Source: Octopus sinensis (taxonomy: Eukaryota). From it: DNA of 64,000 nt. The translations under genes and the position numbers were made by a program. Below the pieces are notes generated by a model that ran no database searches, was not told where the DNA came from, and saw only the letters and a program-made list of their open reading frames with translations. The stretch's first letter is position 1, and every line of letters begins with the position of its first letter. The stretch spans positions 35,278,001-35,342,000 of the forward strand of contig NC_043015.1 in assembly GCF_006345805.1 (NCBI RefSeq). Direction: 5' to 3'. Shown here piece by piece: positions 51,570-64,000 of this stretch.

Positions 51570-51948
51570 GTGCAACCAGCCCACTTACGCATACATTTCT
51601 GTCATTGGATACTAAACTCTGGTTGCGAAGACCTGTTGAGGCAAGTGAAATCGAAAGCAAAATCAAATTTGATGACAGCAGCACATGACTGGCATCCGTA
51701 CAAGTGGAGTGCTAAGAGCACCATCCGAGCATGATCATTGCCAGGGTCACTAACTAGCCCTCATGCCGGTGGCACATAAAAGCACCCACTACACTCTCAG
51801 AGTGGTTGGCGTTATGAAGGGCATCCATCTGTAGAAACTCTGCCAGATGAGATCGGAGCCTGGTGCAGCCTTCTGGTTTGCCAGTCCTCAGTCAAATCGT
51901 CCAACCCATGCTAACATGGAAAGTTAGTGATGATGATGATGATGATGA
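51570..51948 (+). mobile_element. RTE 3' end or RTE-tailed SINE
   Basis: GAAGACCTGTTGAGGCAAGTGAAATC, repeat units, GAGTGGTTGGCGTTATGAAGGGCATCC and a (GAT)n tail. Confidence 0.8.
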
Positions 51949-52012
51949 TATATATATATATATATATATATAAGTATATGAGACCAAAGTGTACGTACGC
52001 CGCTATATTTCA

Positions 52013-52504
52013 TATATAAAAATACAAAAATGGGACAACGAAACATCCAGACATTTGATACAAGAAACCAGGATGGGTCATTCAGAGTTTTCTATCCTCA
52101 GTCGAGTTCCAGATTATCTTTGCAATTTCGACTGGTTCTCCACACATACGCTGGGTTAATTTAATTCATCCTTAATCGAAAGACACCTGTTGTTATGTCG
52201 TGTTAATTGCGCTTTTATTTGTGTAACATTTCTCTGTTTTTTCCATCCTTGTTTTCATATACATTCCCTGCTTTCTTCCAAGGAATCTAATGCACTTAGC
52301 TTAGTTTCTCCATGGAGCTGGCCAGATTGGAGCAATCTCGAGTATAACCAGCCGAAATTGCAAAGATAATCTGGAACTCGACTGAGGATAGAAAACTCCG
52401 AATGATCCGTCCTTGTTTCTTTGTATTGTCTATCTGGATGTTTTGTTGTCCCTTTTTTGTATCACCTAACTGTCTAGATGTTTTGCATTCTTGTCCCATT
52501 TTTG

Positions 52505-52516
<12 letters not shown>
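52013..52516. repeat. Fold-back element: arms 52013-52137 and 52346-52516, loop of about 210 nt
   Basis: GAGTTTTCTATCCTCAGTCGAGTTCCAGATTATCTTTGCAATTTCG is mirrored by CGAAATTGCAAAGATAATCTGGAACTCGACTGAGGATAGAAAACTC. The outer ends also pair. Confidence 0.9.
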
Positions 52517-52540
<24 letters not shown>

Positions 52541-52849
52541 CAATTTAGTTAATCATCAGTATATTATTGTTATTTTATTTTTAATATTTCTATTATATGT
52601 AATTTTCTAGATGGTGTAATTTAATTGTTCATTTTGAATTGATAAAAGGTGGTTTTTTCTAATTTTTATATATATATTATATTTTGTGAAATTTGATTTA
52701 GTATTTCTAAATTGAACTTTTCCCTGTAAGTTAGGAATAATATTTCCTCAAATAATAATAATAATTATATATATATACAGTTGTGGCCAAAATGTTCAGA
52801 ACGGCATTGTTTTCGTCAGAAAAGTAGGTATAAGTTTTTATCAACTGTG

Positions 52850-52880
<31 letters not shown>

Positions 52881-53491
52881 ATCATCATCATCATCAATTA
52901 ACATCCATTCTTATGGTGTAAACAAATATACAATTCTCACTGGCACAAACAGAGCTTCTAAAATGGCTGGGGAAATTCAAAGTATTGCTTTGCTACAATG
53001 ACTGTACATCTGTCATGTTTAGAGATGAAGGTTCCTGTCCCATGGACAACATTTGGATGTATAATGTTATTGCACATGAATGAAGAAGAAGAAATGAGCT
53101 GAGAGGATAAGTAGGTATTGGAGAAATCAGATTGTATGCTAAGGAGAAGATTGAGCTGGAATGCTCATGTGAAATGTAAAAAAGATGACAATTGAGTAAA
53201 AAAAAAGTGCAAAGCAGTCCAAATGTAGGGAACCTGTATTAGAGATTGATATGAGGAGGCTGAACCTTCTTATGATGACCAAGGAACATAAGTGGCAAGA
53301 TGCTGAGCTATAGAAAATTCTTCAACCTATGCACATCTGTAAAAGTAAATCTAAAATATTGGTGTTGATAATGAAACACACATGCACACACATACACACA
53401 CACTACTGCAGAATAACTGCAAAAATATTATAAACTATTTAAAATCTTATTTATATAAAATTAAATATACAATTCAAATTAGATGCTTTAC

Positions 53492-53611
53492 TTGCTGATC
53501 TTTAATTTTCTCGGGTATAGACTTCATCCATTCCCTTAATTCATCCAATTCCTCAATTGTATTGGGTTTTTCTGATTGTTTTCGGCTGATTTGTTTAAAA
53601 GTTTCACATAC
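53492..53611 (-). CDS. DNAH1: Dynein heavy chain exon, 120 nt
   Basis: Acceptor tttcattgaag| and donor CAA|gtaaag. Reads VCETFKQISRKQSEKPNTIEELDELREWMKSIPEKIKDQQ, similar to DNAH1 ICEEFRSISRKIYEKPNSIEELAELREWMKGIPE. Confidence 0.9.
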
Positions 53612-53970
53612 CTTCAATGAAATAAATAATAGTTTTACCCAGGATTATCATTTAATACAAGCAGATTTTAAAGAATAATTAACAAAGCTTGTTATTTTGG
53701 TGAAAGAAACATCTAAAAAAAAAAAAAAAATGAAGACCCATATATAAATAAGTTAAGTTATATTCTATGTGAATATTCTACACTTTTTGTTTCACAACTG
53801 GAAGAAATATATTCTACCAATAACTAGAATGGTAACAAATACAAATATCATAGTGATTATACATGCAAACTTATTTCTACTACCTTTAAATTTGTGCATA
53901 ACTTATTTCAGTTTTGTTGTAACACAACTCTGCTTTAACTGTATAATAAATATTCAAATATACTTCAAAG

Positions 53971-54496
53971 TAAATATAGAAGTTTTCGATCTAATTTGAA
54001 TTCTTTGCAATCAAATTTGAATTTTTCAATTGGTGCTCAAGCCTTGAAAAAAAAAAAAACAGAGAGTTAAACTACATCAGCCATAAAGGAATACATGTCT
54101 ATCTTATCTAACTCGTCCAGTAGAGCCCACCAATTGATATCTGAAAAGTTTGATGAAATAACTCATGAATACTGCCAAAGCTTCTACCAAAGATGCTCCG
54201 TTCTGAACAAGGGGAGATCATAAACGAATGATGCTTTTTCTATTATCTCCCCTTGATCAGACTGGTCGACCTAATGGCGCATCTTTTGGTAGAAGCTATG
54301 TCAGTGTTCATGAGTTATTTCATCAAACTTTTCAGATATCAATTGGTGGGCTCTACTGGACGAGTTAGATAAGATAGACATATATTCCCTTATGGCTGAT
54401 GTAGTTTAACTTTTATTTTTCAAGGCTTGAGCACCAATTGAAAAATTCAAATTTGATTGCAAAGAATTCAAATTAGATCGAAAACATCTATATTTA
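53971..54496. repeat. 526-bp near-perfect fold-back (MITE-like or PLE-derived)
   Basis: Arms of about 240 nt pair from TAAATATAG/CTATATTTA inward to CAAGGGGAGAT/ATCTCCCCTTG. Confidence 0.95.
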
Positions 54497-55688
54497 GTAA
54501 TTATTCATAAAACAAATACGGACCTTTCAACTTTGCTTGATTTCTGTCTCAGAAACAAGTTAACAACTTGATAATAATAATAGTAACACCCAAGTCGATG
54601 GTATGTTGATAAACAAAATTACTAGTTAAGGAAAGCTAGACAGCATCCATTCTAATGCAACTTTTTCCCATTTTCTATGATGTTATATAAATTTTCAAAT
54701 TATTCTATTTTTTTGTTTTGAACTTTCAGTCCTGAATAATCAACATTCCCCATCCCTGACATGTTGGGATTATATCCAAAGTAGAACAAGGCACCACACA
54801 CATATAAAGCTTTCTCAGACAGTTGGAATAGCATTAGAATATTACTTACAGATCAGGTATGTTACTGCTGCTGCTTCACACACAAACCTGCTGGACCCTA
54901 TCCAACAAGAGAAGCTCCAGTGGATTGGCACCAAGCTAAAATGTCTGATCAATCCACAGACATAATGCTGCTTCTCTCTGTTTTTACTTGTTATGACCAC
55001 AACTTAATTGTTTCTCAGTGAACAACCTCTTCTTCCCTTTTCTCATTCAAACCCACATTGCCTCTTTATTCTTCCCCAGAACTGCAGCCTTAAGGAATTC
55101 CTTCACTAGATAGTTATTGCTTAACTGCTGGTCAACTTTGATCAAGCAGGCCTATAATCAAAGGCATTTCAGTCACGACCATCCCACCTTTTACAGATAC
55201 ATTACCTAATGAGCATTCTCTCTTTTAAGCCAATCTTATTTGAGGGAGAACTGGTTGCTTTTTCTAGCAGATCAAGCAGTCATGTAGAGGCTACCTCAGT
55301 TGTTCCTAAATTCATTAGCTGCATGAGTTCAAGATGAACACCAGCCCCCAAAGAGCCTCCAAATATAATGCATGGAAACTCTACTAAAAAGCAAATATCA
55401 ATGATAAAACATAGCAGGAGGATAATGATGTGGAGGCTGATGATCGTTGTCGTCTTCCTCCACAATGATGACAATAATGTCAATATCGATCTAAAGAAAA
55501 CGGGCATTCTACAAAATGGAGAAACCATATACTTAATATGGAATTACTAGAATATGTAGTTTTGTGACAACCCAATGTGGTTTACCAGAACAACAAAGAC
55601 AAGAAAAACTGCAACGACAATTTTATCAGCAAATTTACTAATTGACAAACTTAAAATTGAAAATAGGGAAAGCAATATTAATACATAC

Positions 55689-55914
55689 TTCCTCAGTTTG
55701 TTGGCTTAGCTGTCTTGCAAGTAAGTCAAGGAGTGCCATAGTTAGTGCTTTCTTCTTCTTTGAAACAGTTTCTCGTACATGCGATGTTGTCACCCAGAAT
55801 GGCCCAATAGTGATGCTGAGTGGAATTTCATCTTCTAGAATACCTTTCTCTTGCAAATGTTTCTCGGCCTCTTCTTGTATTTCAACAGCAGGTCGTTCAG
55901 TTTCAGCATATGTA
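55689..55914 (-). CDS. DNAH1: Dynein heavy chain exon, 226 nt
   Basis: Acceptor ttttacatag| and donor GAA|gtatgt. Reads TYAETERPAVEIQEEAEKHLQEKGILEDEIPLSITIGPFWVTTSHVRETVSKKKKALTMALLDLLARQLSQQTEE. Confidence 0.9.
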
Positions 55915-56779
55915 CTATGTAAAATGATAGATGTGGCTGTTTTAAAGAAATTATCACAATATAATGCTGAAAAATTCTTAGAACTACTTGTCTGAGTAAG
56001 AGCAGGATAGAAAAAAAGTTCAGTGAGTAATTACTTCTGCTGGCAACGAAAGGTTTCTCTCGCAGAGTAAGGGCAGATTATTTAAGAAATGCTTGTGTAG
56101 GGAATGCAATTCTGCATGGCTGAAGAATGCAACAGATTTGCAAAGCTTAGAAGAAATAGGGCAAGCATTCAGCTATGAGTCGTATAATGTTCAAGTGGCT
56201 GAACAATAAAGCACAAAAGAAGGAAAAGAAGATAGCATATAAGAGGGATTCAATGGAGCATGTAGGGGAAAAAATTCTACAAGAATGCCATATGTAGAAT
56301 GATAAAGAAATGATGAGTGCTGAAAGTGGATTAAACTTGTGAAAGAGAAAGATCAAAGAAGAGATGGGAATAAAACTGATTAAATGAAGGTGACCCACCC
56401 ACCCACCCACAAAGAAGAGGACAAAGAACAGCAACAAATGGTAAATGTTACAGCATAAAAACCAGCTCAACTCAAGCAAGCATGGGAAAACAGAGATAAA
56501 AATGATGGAAGCTGCGGTGATGGATCTAAACGTACAATTGAATCTCCCTGCAACCAACCATTATTTTACTATCTACCATTTCCCCTGCTACATCTTTTGT
56601 GCCTCATTTTTATCACTCTACTTCTCTTCCACACCATATGTGGAATATGCTCAAGTAATTCATTGGATCTGTTCATATTCAGTACCCCACTCCTCAACAT
56701 CATCCTTTTGTATTGCTAGTCATCACTTTCTCTTCCTGCAATATTTCCCATTATTAACATCTATCGCTTTCTCCCCTTC

Positions 56780-56816
<37 letters not shown>

Positions 56817-57670
56817 ATCTCTCACACACACCACATACACTATAGGCTTCTTTCAGTTTTTACCTACCAAATTCACTCATGAGGCTTTGGTCAACCTGGA
56901 GCTATAGTAGATGACACTTGCCCAAGGTGCTGCATGGTGGGATGGAACCCAAAATCACATGGTTGGGAAGCAAGCTTTTCAACCATACAGCTATGCCTTC
57001 GCCTGTGATATATATTTGATAGAGTATGAAAATATTTTTCTCTGTGTATCTTCTTAAAATCAGAAGTACAATTAAAGTAATTCAGAAGCAGTGTGAAAAT
57101 TGTAATGCAGATAAAATTTCCATTGTAGTATCACACTGAATTATTTCCTCTTCGTACATATAATTCAGGTTTAAATATCAATAGATCAAGTTTGGAGCCT
57201 GGTGCAGCCATCTGGTTCGCCAGTCCTCAGTCAAACCGTCCAACCCATGCTAGCATGGAAAGCAGACGTTAAACAATGATGATGATGATGAATCTTAGAG
57301 TAAGCAAAATAAAATTAATGAATTCTTTTGACTGCAGCTGTCTACATAGGCTGGCAATGTAGTAAATGAGTTTGCTTCTTTGGTTTAATCCAATTGCATG
57401 GTACCTTAGACAAACATCTACTACAGCCCTGACTGTGACAATGCCAACAACACCGATGCCGATACTGATGATGCCAACACACAAACAATGATGACAATGC
57501 TACTGTGACCACCACCTATGACAACAACAATGAAGCTGACAATGAATGCCAACATTACAAAATAGTTTTGTTATTAACAAATAGGAGTTTGGAATGAAAC
57601 ATAAATGGCAGCTAGCTGTGAATCCACATTCTTTGAGTTTAAAGCTAATATCTTAGGGAAAGAGTTTCAC

Positions 57671-57864
57671 CTGATAAATTTGTTTACATCAAGATTGCAA
57701 AGTTCAACATATTTATTGTATCGTTCAGCATATGCTTTAGCTGGAATAATCGACTTTTGAATGGTAGTTTGGATGGTTGATCGCATTTCTTCAACATGAG
57801 GTTCATGCTCACCAACTGATTCTAAAAGTGGAGTTCCAGACCAAAAGATGTCTTCCAAAATATA
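57671..57864 (-). CDS. DNAH1: Dynein heavy chain exon, 194 nt
   Basis: Acceptor tttctacag| and donor AG|gtgaaa. Reads YILEDIFWSGTPLLESVGEHEPHVEEMRSTIQ...ELCNLDVNKFI, similar to DNAH1 VMEDIFISGDPLLESVGLHEPLVEELR. Phase is compatible with both neighbours. Confidence 0.9.
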
Positions 57865-58274
57865 CTGTAGAAATGAAAGAATTAGGAGAACAAAGAAAGG
57901 TTTTATTAAATGAGTTTTTTAAAAATTTCACATTCAAATTTATGCTAACAGAAATGCTATTTGCTTTTCAAGTTTTTTTTTCTGATACTCACCACCAGTA
58001 ACACATATGCAATCTATCATCTGTTCTAAGATGAATATTTATACAATGAGATCCATTAGTGGAAGCGTTAACCCTAAACAGTTTATTTCAAAGACAGTCA
58101 AAATAATTGACTCTAATCATTAAACAATTCATACCCATCATAGACCAGAAATGTTCAAAACCACAATGTCTCAGTGACATTTTCATTTGATAATTGTATT
58201 TATAACATCAACTGCCTTGGTGAAGTAAATATACCTCAGATAAATTCACCTAAATCAGGAACATCAGAATTACA

Positions 58275-58900
58275 TCATCATCATCATCATTTAATGTCCG
58301 CTTTCCATGCTAGCATGGGTTAGACGATTTGACAGAGGTCAGGCGAACCAGACTCCAATCTGATCTGGCATAGTTTCTACAGCTGGATGCCCTTCCTAAC
58401 GCCAACCACTCCGAGAGTGTAGTGGGTGCTTTTACGTGCCACCGGCACAAGGGCCAGTTTGGTGGTACTGGCAATGGCCACGTCCAAATAGTGCTTTTTA
58501 TGTGCCACCTGCACAGGAGCCAGTCCGGTGGCACTGGCGATGTCCTTGCTTGAATGATTCATGTGCCACCAGTACAAGTAAGGTGATGCAGGTACGATCA
58601 CGCTCGAATGGTGTGCTTAACGTGCTCTGGCAACAATCTCACTCGTATGGGTTCCATCCCACCATGCAGCACCTTAGCGCTCCTCTAGCAACGGATGCCA
58701 GTCGCTGAGTTTGATTTCAACTTCGATTTCACTTGCCTCAACTGGTCTTCACAAGTGGAGTTTAGTGTCCAATGAAGAAAAGGCATGCATAAGTGGGCTG
58801 GTTACCCCCTAGCATAGGCCACAAGGTTATGGTCACACTTGCGCTTGCTGAGTCTTCTGTGGCACAGCATATTTCCAGAGGTCCCGGTCACTAGTCAGGT
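58275..58900 (-). mobile_element. RTE 3' end (ORF end, 3' UTR, repeat units, (GAT)n tail)
   Basis: DRDLWKYAV remnant, then GAAGACCAGTTGAGGCAAGTGAAATC and the tail. Confidence 0.8.
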
Positions 58901-58979
58901 GACTACTAGTCACTACGTAAGGTGAAAATAGAAATTTCATTTCATGAAGTCATAATCATAAGCAAAGAACCATAATGAA

Positions 58980-61480
58980 AACTCAGTGTTGCAATATGGA
59001 ATAGCAGCCATTATCTTGGCCTATGCCCCTCAGCCAGGCCTCCTGATGAACAGAGAGACTGATTTGATGACAACTTTGTCAATGAATGACAGGGACTTGC
59101 TCTTTGCAACTGGCAATTTTAATGGGCATGATGGATAACATCCAGGGAGCTTCCATTGTGTGCATAGTGGCAACAGATTTGCTTCTCGCAATGAAGAGGG
59201 AACCAGGCTGCTGGAGTTCTGTGATGCAAATGACCTTATGATCTGTAATACTAACTTCAGGAAACCTGCCAGTCACCTGTTCACCTACCAGTCTGCTGGG
59301 TATACTAGTCAGGTTGACTACATTCTTGCCAGGAAGTCAGAAAGATGACTACTTATAAATGCCAAAACCTTCCCAGATTAAGAATGCACCCCACAACATA
59401 AGTTAGTAGTTAGCAACTTCAGGATCAGGGCTAAATAGCTACCCAGAAAATAACCAGCGTGGAAAAGAAAGGTTTAGAAGTTCAAGGATCCTCTGAATGG
59501 ACAGAGATTTAGGGACATATTACTTGAAGCTTTGACAAAAAAGAGGAGGATATAGCATCACACAATGTGGAGGACAACTTGAGGTTCCTAGAAGACAACC
59601 TGTTGAGGGCTACTAACCAGATCTGTGGCTGGTGCAAAGTCCCCTCTCAAACTAAGGTGACATGGTGTTTGAACAATGTAGTTGACAGGGCCATTAGGGT
59701 AAAGAAACAGGCTTGGAAGGACTGGAAGTGTGGTGGTAGCAGGGAACTGTATCAGATAGCTAGAAGTGAAGACAGGTTTAATTAGACAGAAGAGTGGCAG
59801 AAAAGAAGAAATTTGCCAGTGTTCTGCATCATGAAGACCAGAGACTTGGAGTGATTTGAATTGCAACATAGTGTGTGAGAGAAAATCATGATGTTATAGG
59901 AGAGAGATGTGTCTGCATGGATGATGGCTCACTTGCATTTAATGAGGCTGCAAAGAGAGACTATGAAAGGTTGCTAAATGAAGAGAATGAATTTGGCAGA
60001 CTCTCCAGGGACCAGCTATCCGAATTGACAGTATCCTGGTAGATAAAGCAATTAAGTGTATGAAGACAGGGAAAGCCCCGGCCCATCAGGAACCACTGCT
60101 TAGCTAACCTGGTGATACATGAAGGAATCATACTCAATGACTAGTGTAGCAGCATCATAGTCAACTACTACAAAGGTAAAAGTGATGCCTTAGACAGAAA
60201 TAATTACAGAGGTATTAAATTGTTGGATCAGGTGATGAAAGTCATGGAGGGGGTCATAGCCCAGCTAATTAGGGAGAGAATTAGCTTAGATGAGGTGCAG
60301 TTTGGGTTTGTGCCATGGAGAAGTACCACTGATGTTTATATCTATGGTAAGACAGTTACCGGAGAAATACCTAGCCAAAGATAAATCTCTGTACTTGGCC
60401 TATGTTGACATGGAGAAAGCCTTTAACAGGGTCCCTCAATTCCTTATCTGGTGATCAATGTGGAAACTAGGGATAGACAAGTGGTTGGTGAGAGCTGTAC
60501 AAGACTTGTACAAGGATGCTACCAGTAAGGTGAGGGTTGGCAACAAGTACAGTGAAGAATTCAGGGTACAAATAGGGGTTTACCAAGGATCTGTGTTCAG
60601 CCCCCTCTTGTTCATCATAGTCCTCCTGGCAATAACAGTAGAATTCAAGACAGGCTACCCCAAGGATCTCCTCTATGCTGATGACCTTTGCTCTTATAAC
60701 TGAATCACTACCAGAACCAGAGAAGAAGTTCCGGGTGTGGAAGCAAGGTCTAGAATCGAAGAACCTTAGAGTTAACCTAGCAAAAACCAAAGTTCTTAGG
60801 AAGTAGGAAGGCAGACAAATCACAAATCCCTTCAGATAGACAGCCCTGCTCAATCTGTAGAAAAAGTGTAAGTAGAAACTCCATAAGATGTACCCAGTGT
60901 AAGCTATGAACACATAAACGGTGCAGCAATATCAAAAGAAGGTTAACTGGAAGACAGTTTTTGTGAGTGGCAGATGCACAGGTGCAATAAGCACTGAAAA
61001 TGTACAGAAAACAGATTCCATCACATGCCAGGGGGTAAAAATAGAAGTAGTTGATAGCTTCCATTACCTAGGTGACGAAGTTAGTAGTTGGGGTGGATGC
61101 TCTGAGAGCATAGCTGCTAGAATAAGATTAGGCTGATCAAAGTTCAGAGAGCTCCTACCTATGCTAATAACAAAGGGCCTCTCGTTCAGAGTGAAAGGTA
61201 GACTGTATGATGCCTGTATGCAAACAGCCATGCTACACGGTAGTGAAACACGGGCCATGACTGATTAGGACATGCGTAGGCTTGAAAGAAATGAAGCAAG
61301 CATGCTCTGCTGGATGTGTGATGTCAGTGTACAAACACAACAGAGTGTAAGCACCCTGAGAAAAAAGTTGGACCTAAGAAGCATCAGATGCAGTTTGCAA
61401 GAGAGACAACTGCTCTGGTATGGTTGTGTGTTGTGTATGGATAAGGAGAGCTGTGTGAAAAAGTGTCACACCCTAACAGA
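58980..61480 (+). mobile_element. Degraded RTE LINE (EN and RT)
   Basis: AYAPQPG, RLLEFCDAN, VDMEKAFNRVP, GVYQGSVFSPLLF, LYADDL, GRLYDAC. Confidence 0.88.
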
Positions 61481-62410
61481 TGTCGAGCTCAGAAAATGAC
61501 AATGAGCATGAACCTTCTATTAGAAGCTTGGATACATCAGATGAGAGTGCAAGCTCATCTGATAATGGCTATTCTCTCTCAGGTGAGGAGGAGGATAGAC
61601 GAATTTGGTGTGGACATGTGGTGTTGGAAGAATGCATGCTTCCCCCACCACCATGCTTCCCATACACTGGAAATTCTGGACTATCAACCGATCAAGACAC
61701 AATTGATATGGCTCCTTTGGATCTTTTAGTCTTTTTTTGTGATAACAGAAATATTGATTGAGTTGTGGATGGAACGAATCACTTTGCTGAACAAACTGGA
61801 GAAAGAGATTGTTATGTCTTGCCCTGTTGCAAAGGCAGAAATTTGTGAGTATTTTGCCTTGAAAATGCTTGTGGGTATTGTGAAAATGCCAGATAAAGAA
61901 ATGAAATGGTTGAAAGATGAACTACTTGAAAGACCAATTTCTCAGAAGCTGATCAGCTTGAAATGTCATAAGATAAAACAGTATCTTCATTTTGTGAATA
62001 ATGAAACTTTTGATGCAGAAACACAATCCAACCAAAAATTGTATAAAGTTTATGATGTGTTTATGATGTTTAGTGAAAACTTTATGAAGTGTTATACCCC
62101 TAACCAACATTTATCTATAGACAAAAGCCTTACACTGTTTAAGGGAAGGTTAGAAAGGGTCCTCTAAAAAGGAGGAGGTTTGCAGTGAAGTATTGTTTTT
62201 TTGTGTGTGTGTGAAGCAGAGACTTGATATGTGTAGAGAGTAATCATTTATGTTGGTAAAGGAACACAGTTTGATTCAGAATACAGTGAATATCACATGA
62301 GTTCTCAAGTTGTGCTGTCTCTGATGAAGCCTTTATTTGGTAAAGGTTATTGTGTTACAGTGGATAACTTTTACACTAGTCCCCAATTAGCTGAAACTCT
62401 GGTTAGTCAC
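61480..62410 (+). mobile_element. piggyBac transposase fragment
   Basis: Acidic N-terminus, LVGIVKMP, YLHFVNN, YTPNQHLSIDKSL.LFKGRL, VVLSLMKPLFGKGYCVTVDNFYTSPQL. Confidence 0.8.
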
Positions 62411-62839
62411 TACATATATATTATACATATACATGCACACACATACGTATACACGAAAACATGTATATATAACTTGCGGAAAAAATATGTAAATTTCACA
62501 ATGGTAAAAAAGACTTTAACCAAATGGCACCAGAATGGAAAGACTGCTTGAAATTATCAGACATTATTTAAATAAATCTTAAGCAGCAGCTACCAGTGTG
62601 TATAATGATCATTGTGATTCCTTGCAATTGCAAGAAATGAATGGCACAATCTGGAAACCAGACATCTATGGACTCAAATGCCTTCATTCAGTAACTAATA
62701 CACAGTCAAGAAGAGCAAACTACAAAGATGTCATGGTGAACCGAGTTTGGAAATTTTGTTAAAACTTTGTCCAAGTGTAAAAGATTAAAATTTATTCCAT
62801 AGTCTGTGCTGATAATGGCATGTGGAACTATAATAAGCT

Positions 62840-63365
62840 ACGAAGACCTATTGAGGCAAGTGAAATCAAAATCAAAATTGCTGACATGGCCAATGACAGT
62901 ACTGCCAGCTTGGCACTTGTGCCACTGGAATGTTAAAAGCACACCTGAGCGTGATCATTGCCAGGTTCACGGATTGGCTCCCATGCCAGTGATACGTGAA
63001 AAGCACCATTCGAGCATGATCATTACCAGTGTTGCATTGCTGGCACATGTGCCAGTGACATGTGAAAAACAACATTCGAGCTTGGTCACTGTCAGTGCTG
63101 CCGGACTGGCTCCCAATCAGGTAGCATGTAAAAACACCTTTTGAGCATGGTCGTTGACAGAACCGCTTGACTGGCCCTCATGCTGGTGGCATGTAAAAGC
63201 ACCCACTACACTCTCAGAGTGGTTGGCGTTAGGAAGGGCATCCAGCTGTAGAAACTTTGCCAGATCAGACTGAGCCTGGTGCAGCTTCTGGCTCACCAGT
63301 TCTCAGTCAAACCATCCAACCCATGGTAGCATGGAAAGCAGACATTAAACGATCAACATCATCAT
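62840..63365 (+). mobile_element. RTE 3' UTR/SINE with diverged repeat units
   Basis: GAAGACCTATTGAGGCAAGTGAAATC, five or six units, then GAGTGGTTGGCGTTAGGAAGGGCATCCAGC. Confidence 0.8.
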
Positions 63366-63901
63366 TACTATGAAGCAGGATTTGGTATCAAAACTGTGAG
63401 GCAAAAATGTTGCCAGCGAGTACAGTACTGCATTGGGGAAATTCAACCTGTCCATTCATCATGACACTCCCCTAACACTATAGGACCAAGTGTAAACAAA
63501 ATTGCAACAAATTTTGATTAGACCTATGGTGGGGTCAGTCAGGCTCTGGTATTCTCCCTACTGATGAGAATCCCACCTACACCTCTTTTCACCTACCACT
63601 AAAATCCATTTACAAAAACATTTTCCCCAGGGAGTTTACATTGCCTTCCATAACAACAGCTGTAGGGGCTGGCCGTGCTTGCATTGCTCCCACCCACCCA
63701 CTGAGAAATACTGCATTCTTTCACTTTGTTTTTTGAGAACTACACCACTGGTTGTATTTCATATTATTTAGATATTACATAAGGATAGTGGATATTACAC
63801 AGTAAGCTTTTCAAATATACATATCAATATTTCATGATTTAAATTAAATTACAAATGAACAATATTGCAAGAGAAATATAAAAATTTCATAATAGATCTA
63901 C

Positions 63902-64000
63902 CTTTTCAAGTTGTGGCACAGCTTGAGTAGAGTTAATACCTTTATCAAAAAGGCTAAGGACACAGGATTCAAAATCGGCCAAGGTAGTACTGTAATGTGG
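63902..64000 (-). CDS. DNAH1: Axonemal dynein heavy chain exon (partial, runs off the window end)
   Basis: Minus strand reads PHYSTTLADFESCVLSLFDKGINSTQAVPQLEK, then donor AAG|gtagat. Matches my recollection of human DNAH1 HYSTPLEQFEASLLNLFDKGILATHAVPQLEK. Ends in phase 0. Confidence 0.85.

Noticed and set aside
52346-52395. Possible type II hammerhead (GAAA...ATC...CTGAGGA)
   Set aside because: Stem I is too weak and the stem II strands do not pair.
52778-52845. Tc1-like terminus TA-CAGTTGTGGCCAAAA
   Set aside because: No partner TIR or transposase was found, and it is too short to support a call.
58780-58860. Twister or HDV-like ribozyme in the structured RTE 3' UTR
   Set aside because: I could not form the required pseudoknots or find the conserved GAG segment. 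RTE ribozymes are normally at the 5' end.

Overview
Eukaryotic, AT-rich and repeat-dense genomic DNA, most likely from an octopus or other coleoid cephalopod (inferred from the SINE/RTE families). The whole window lies inside one minus-strand host gene, an axonemal dynein heavy chain most similar to DNAH1. I could trace nine in-phase GT-AG exons: 63902-64000 (partial), 57671-57864, 55689-55914, 53492-53611, 45114-45196, 42745-42886, 40129-40284, 4870-5068 and 3364-3476. One intron is about 35 kb and holds about 10 kb of degenerate (TA/TACA)n microsatellite. The introns contain a Gypsy LTR element, several RTE and CR1-group LINEs, two Penelope-like elements (Poseidon-type and Naiad-type), two mariner copies, a piggyBac fragment, tRNA-derived SINEs, four fold-back elements and a 100-N gap. 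The most unusual items are: (1) a Penelope 3' region that joins a whole tRNA-like cloverleaf to a hammerhead ribozyme motif; (2) a 1.9-kb ORF1-only (HAL1-like) retroelement with a probable target-site duplication and a 3' tail shared with a SINE; (3) a Gypsy insertion flanked by a 66-bp duplication, with one clipped LTR end; (4) two further hammerhead-like motifs; (5) a DNAH1 exon whose first bases regenerate the upstream 5' splice site. All alignments and folds were done by eye and TE boundaries are approximate. Some frameshifts may be sequencing errors.
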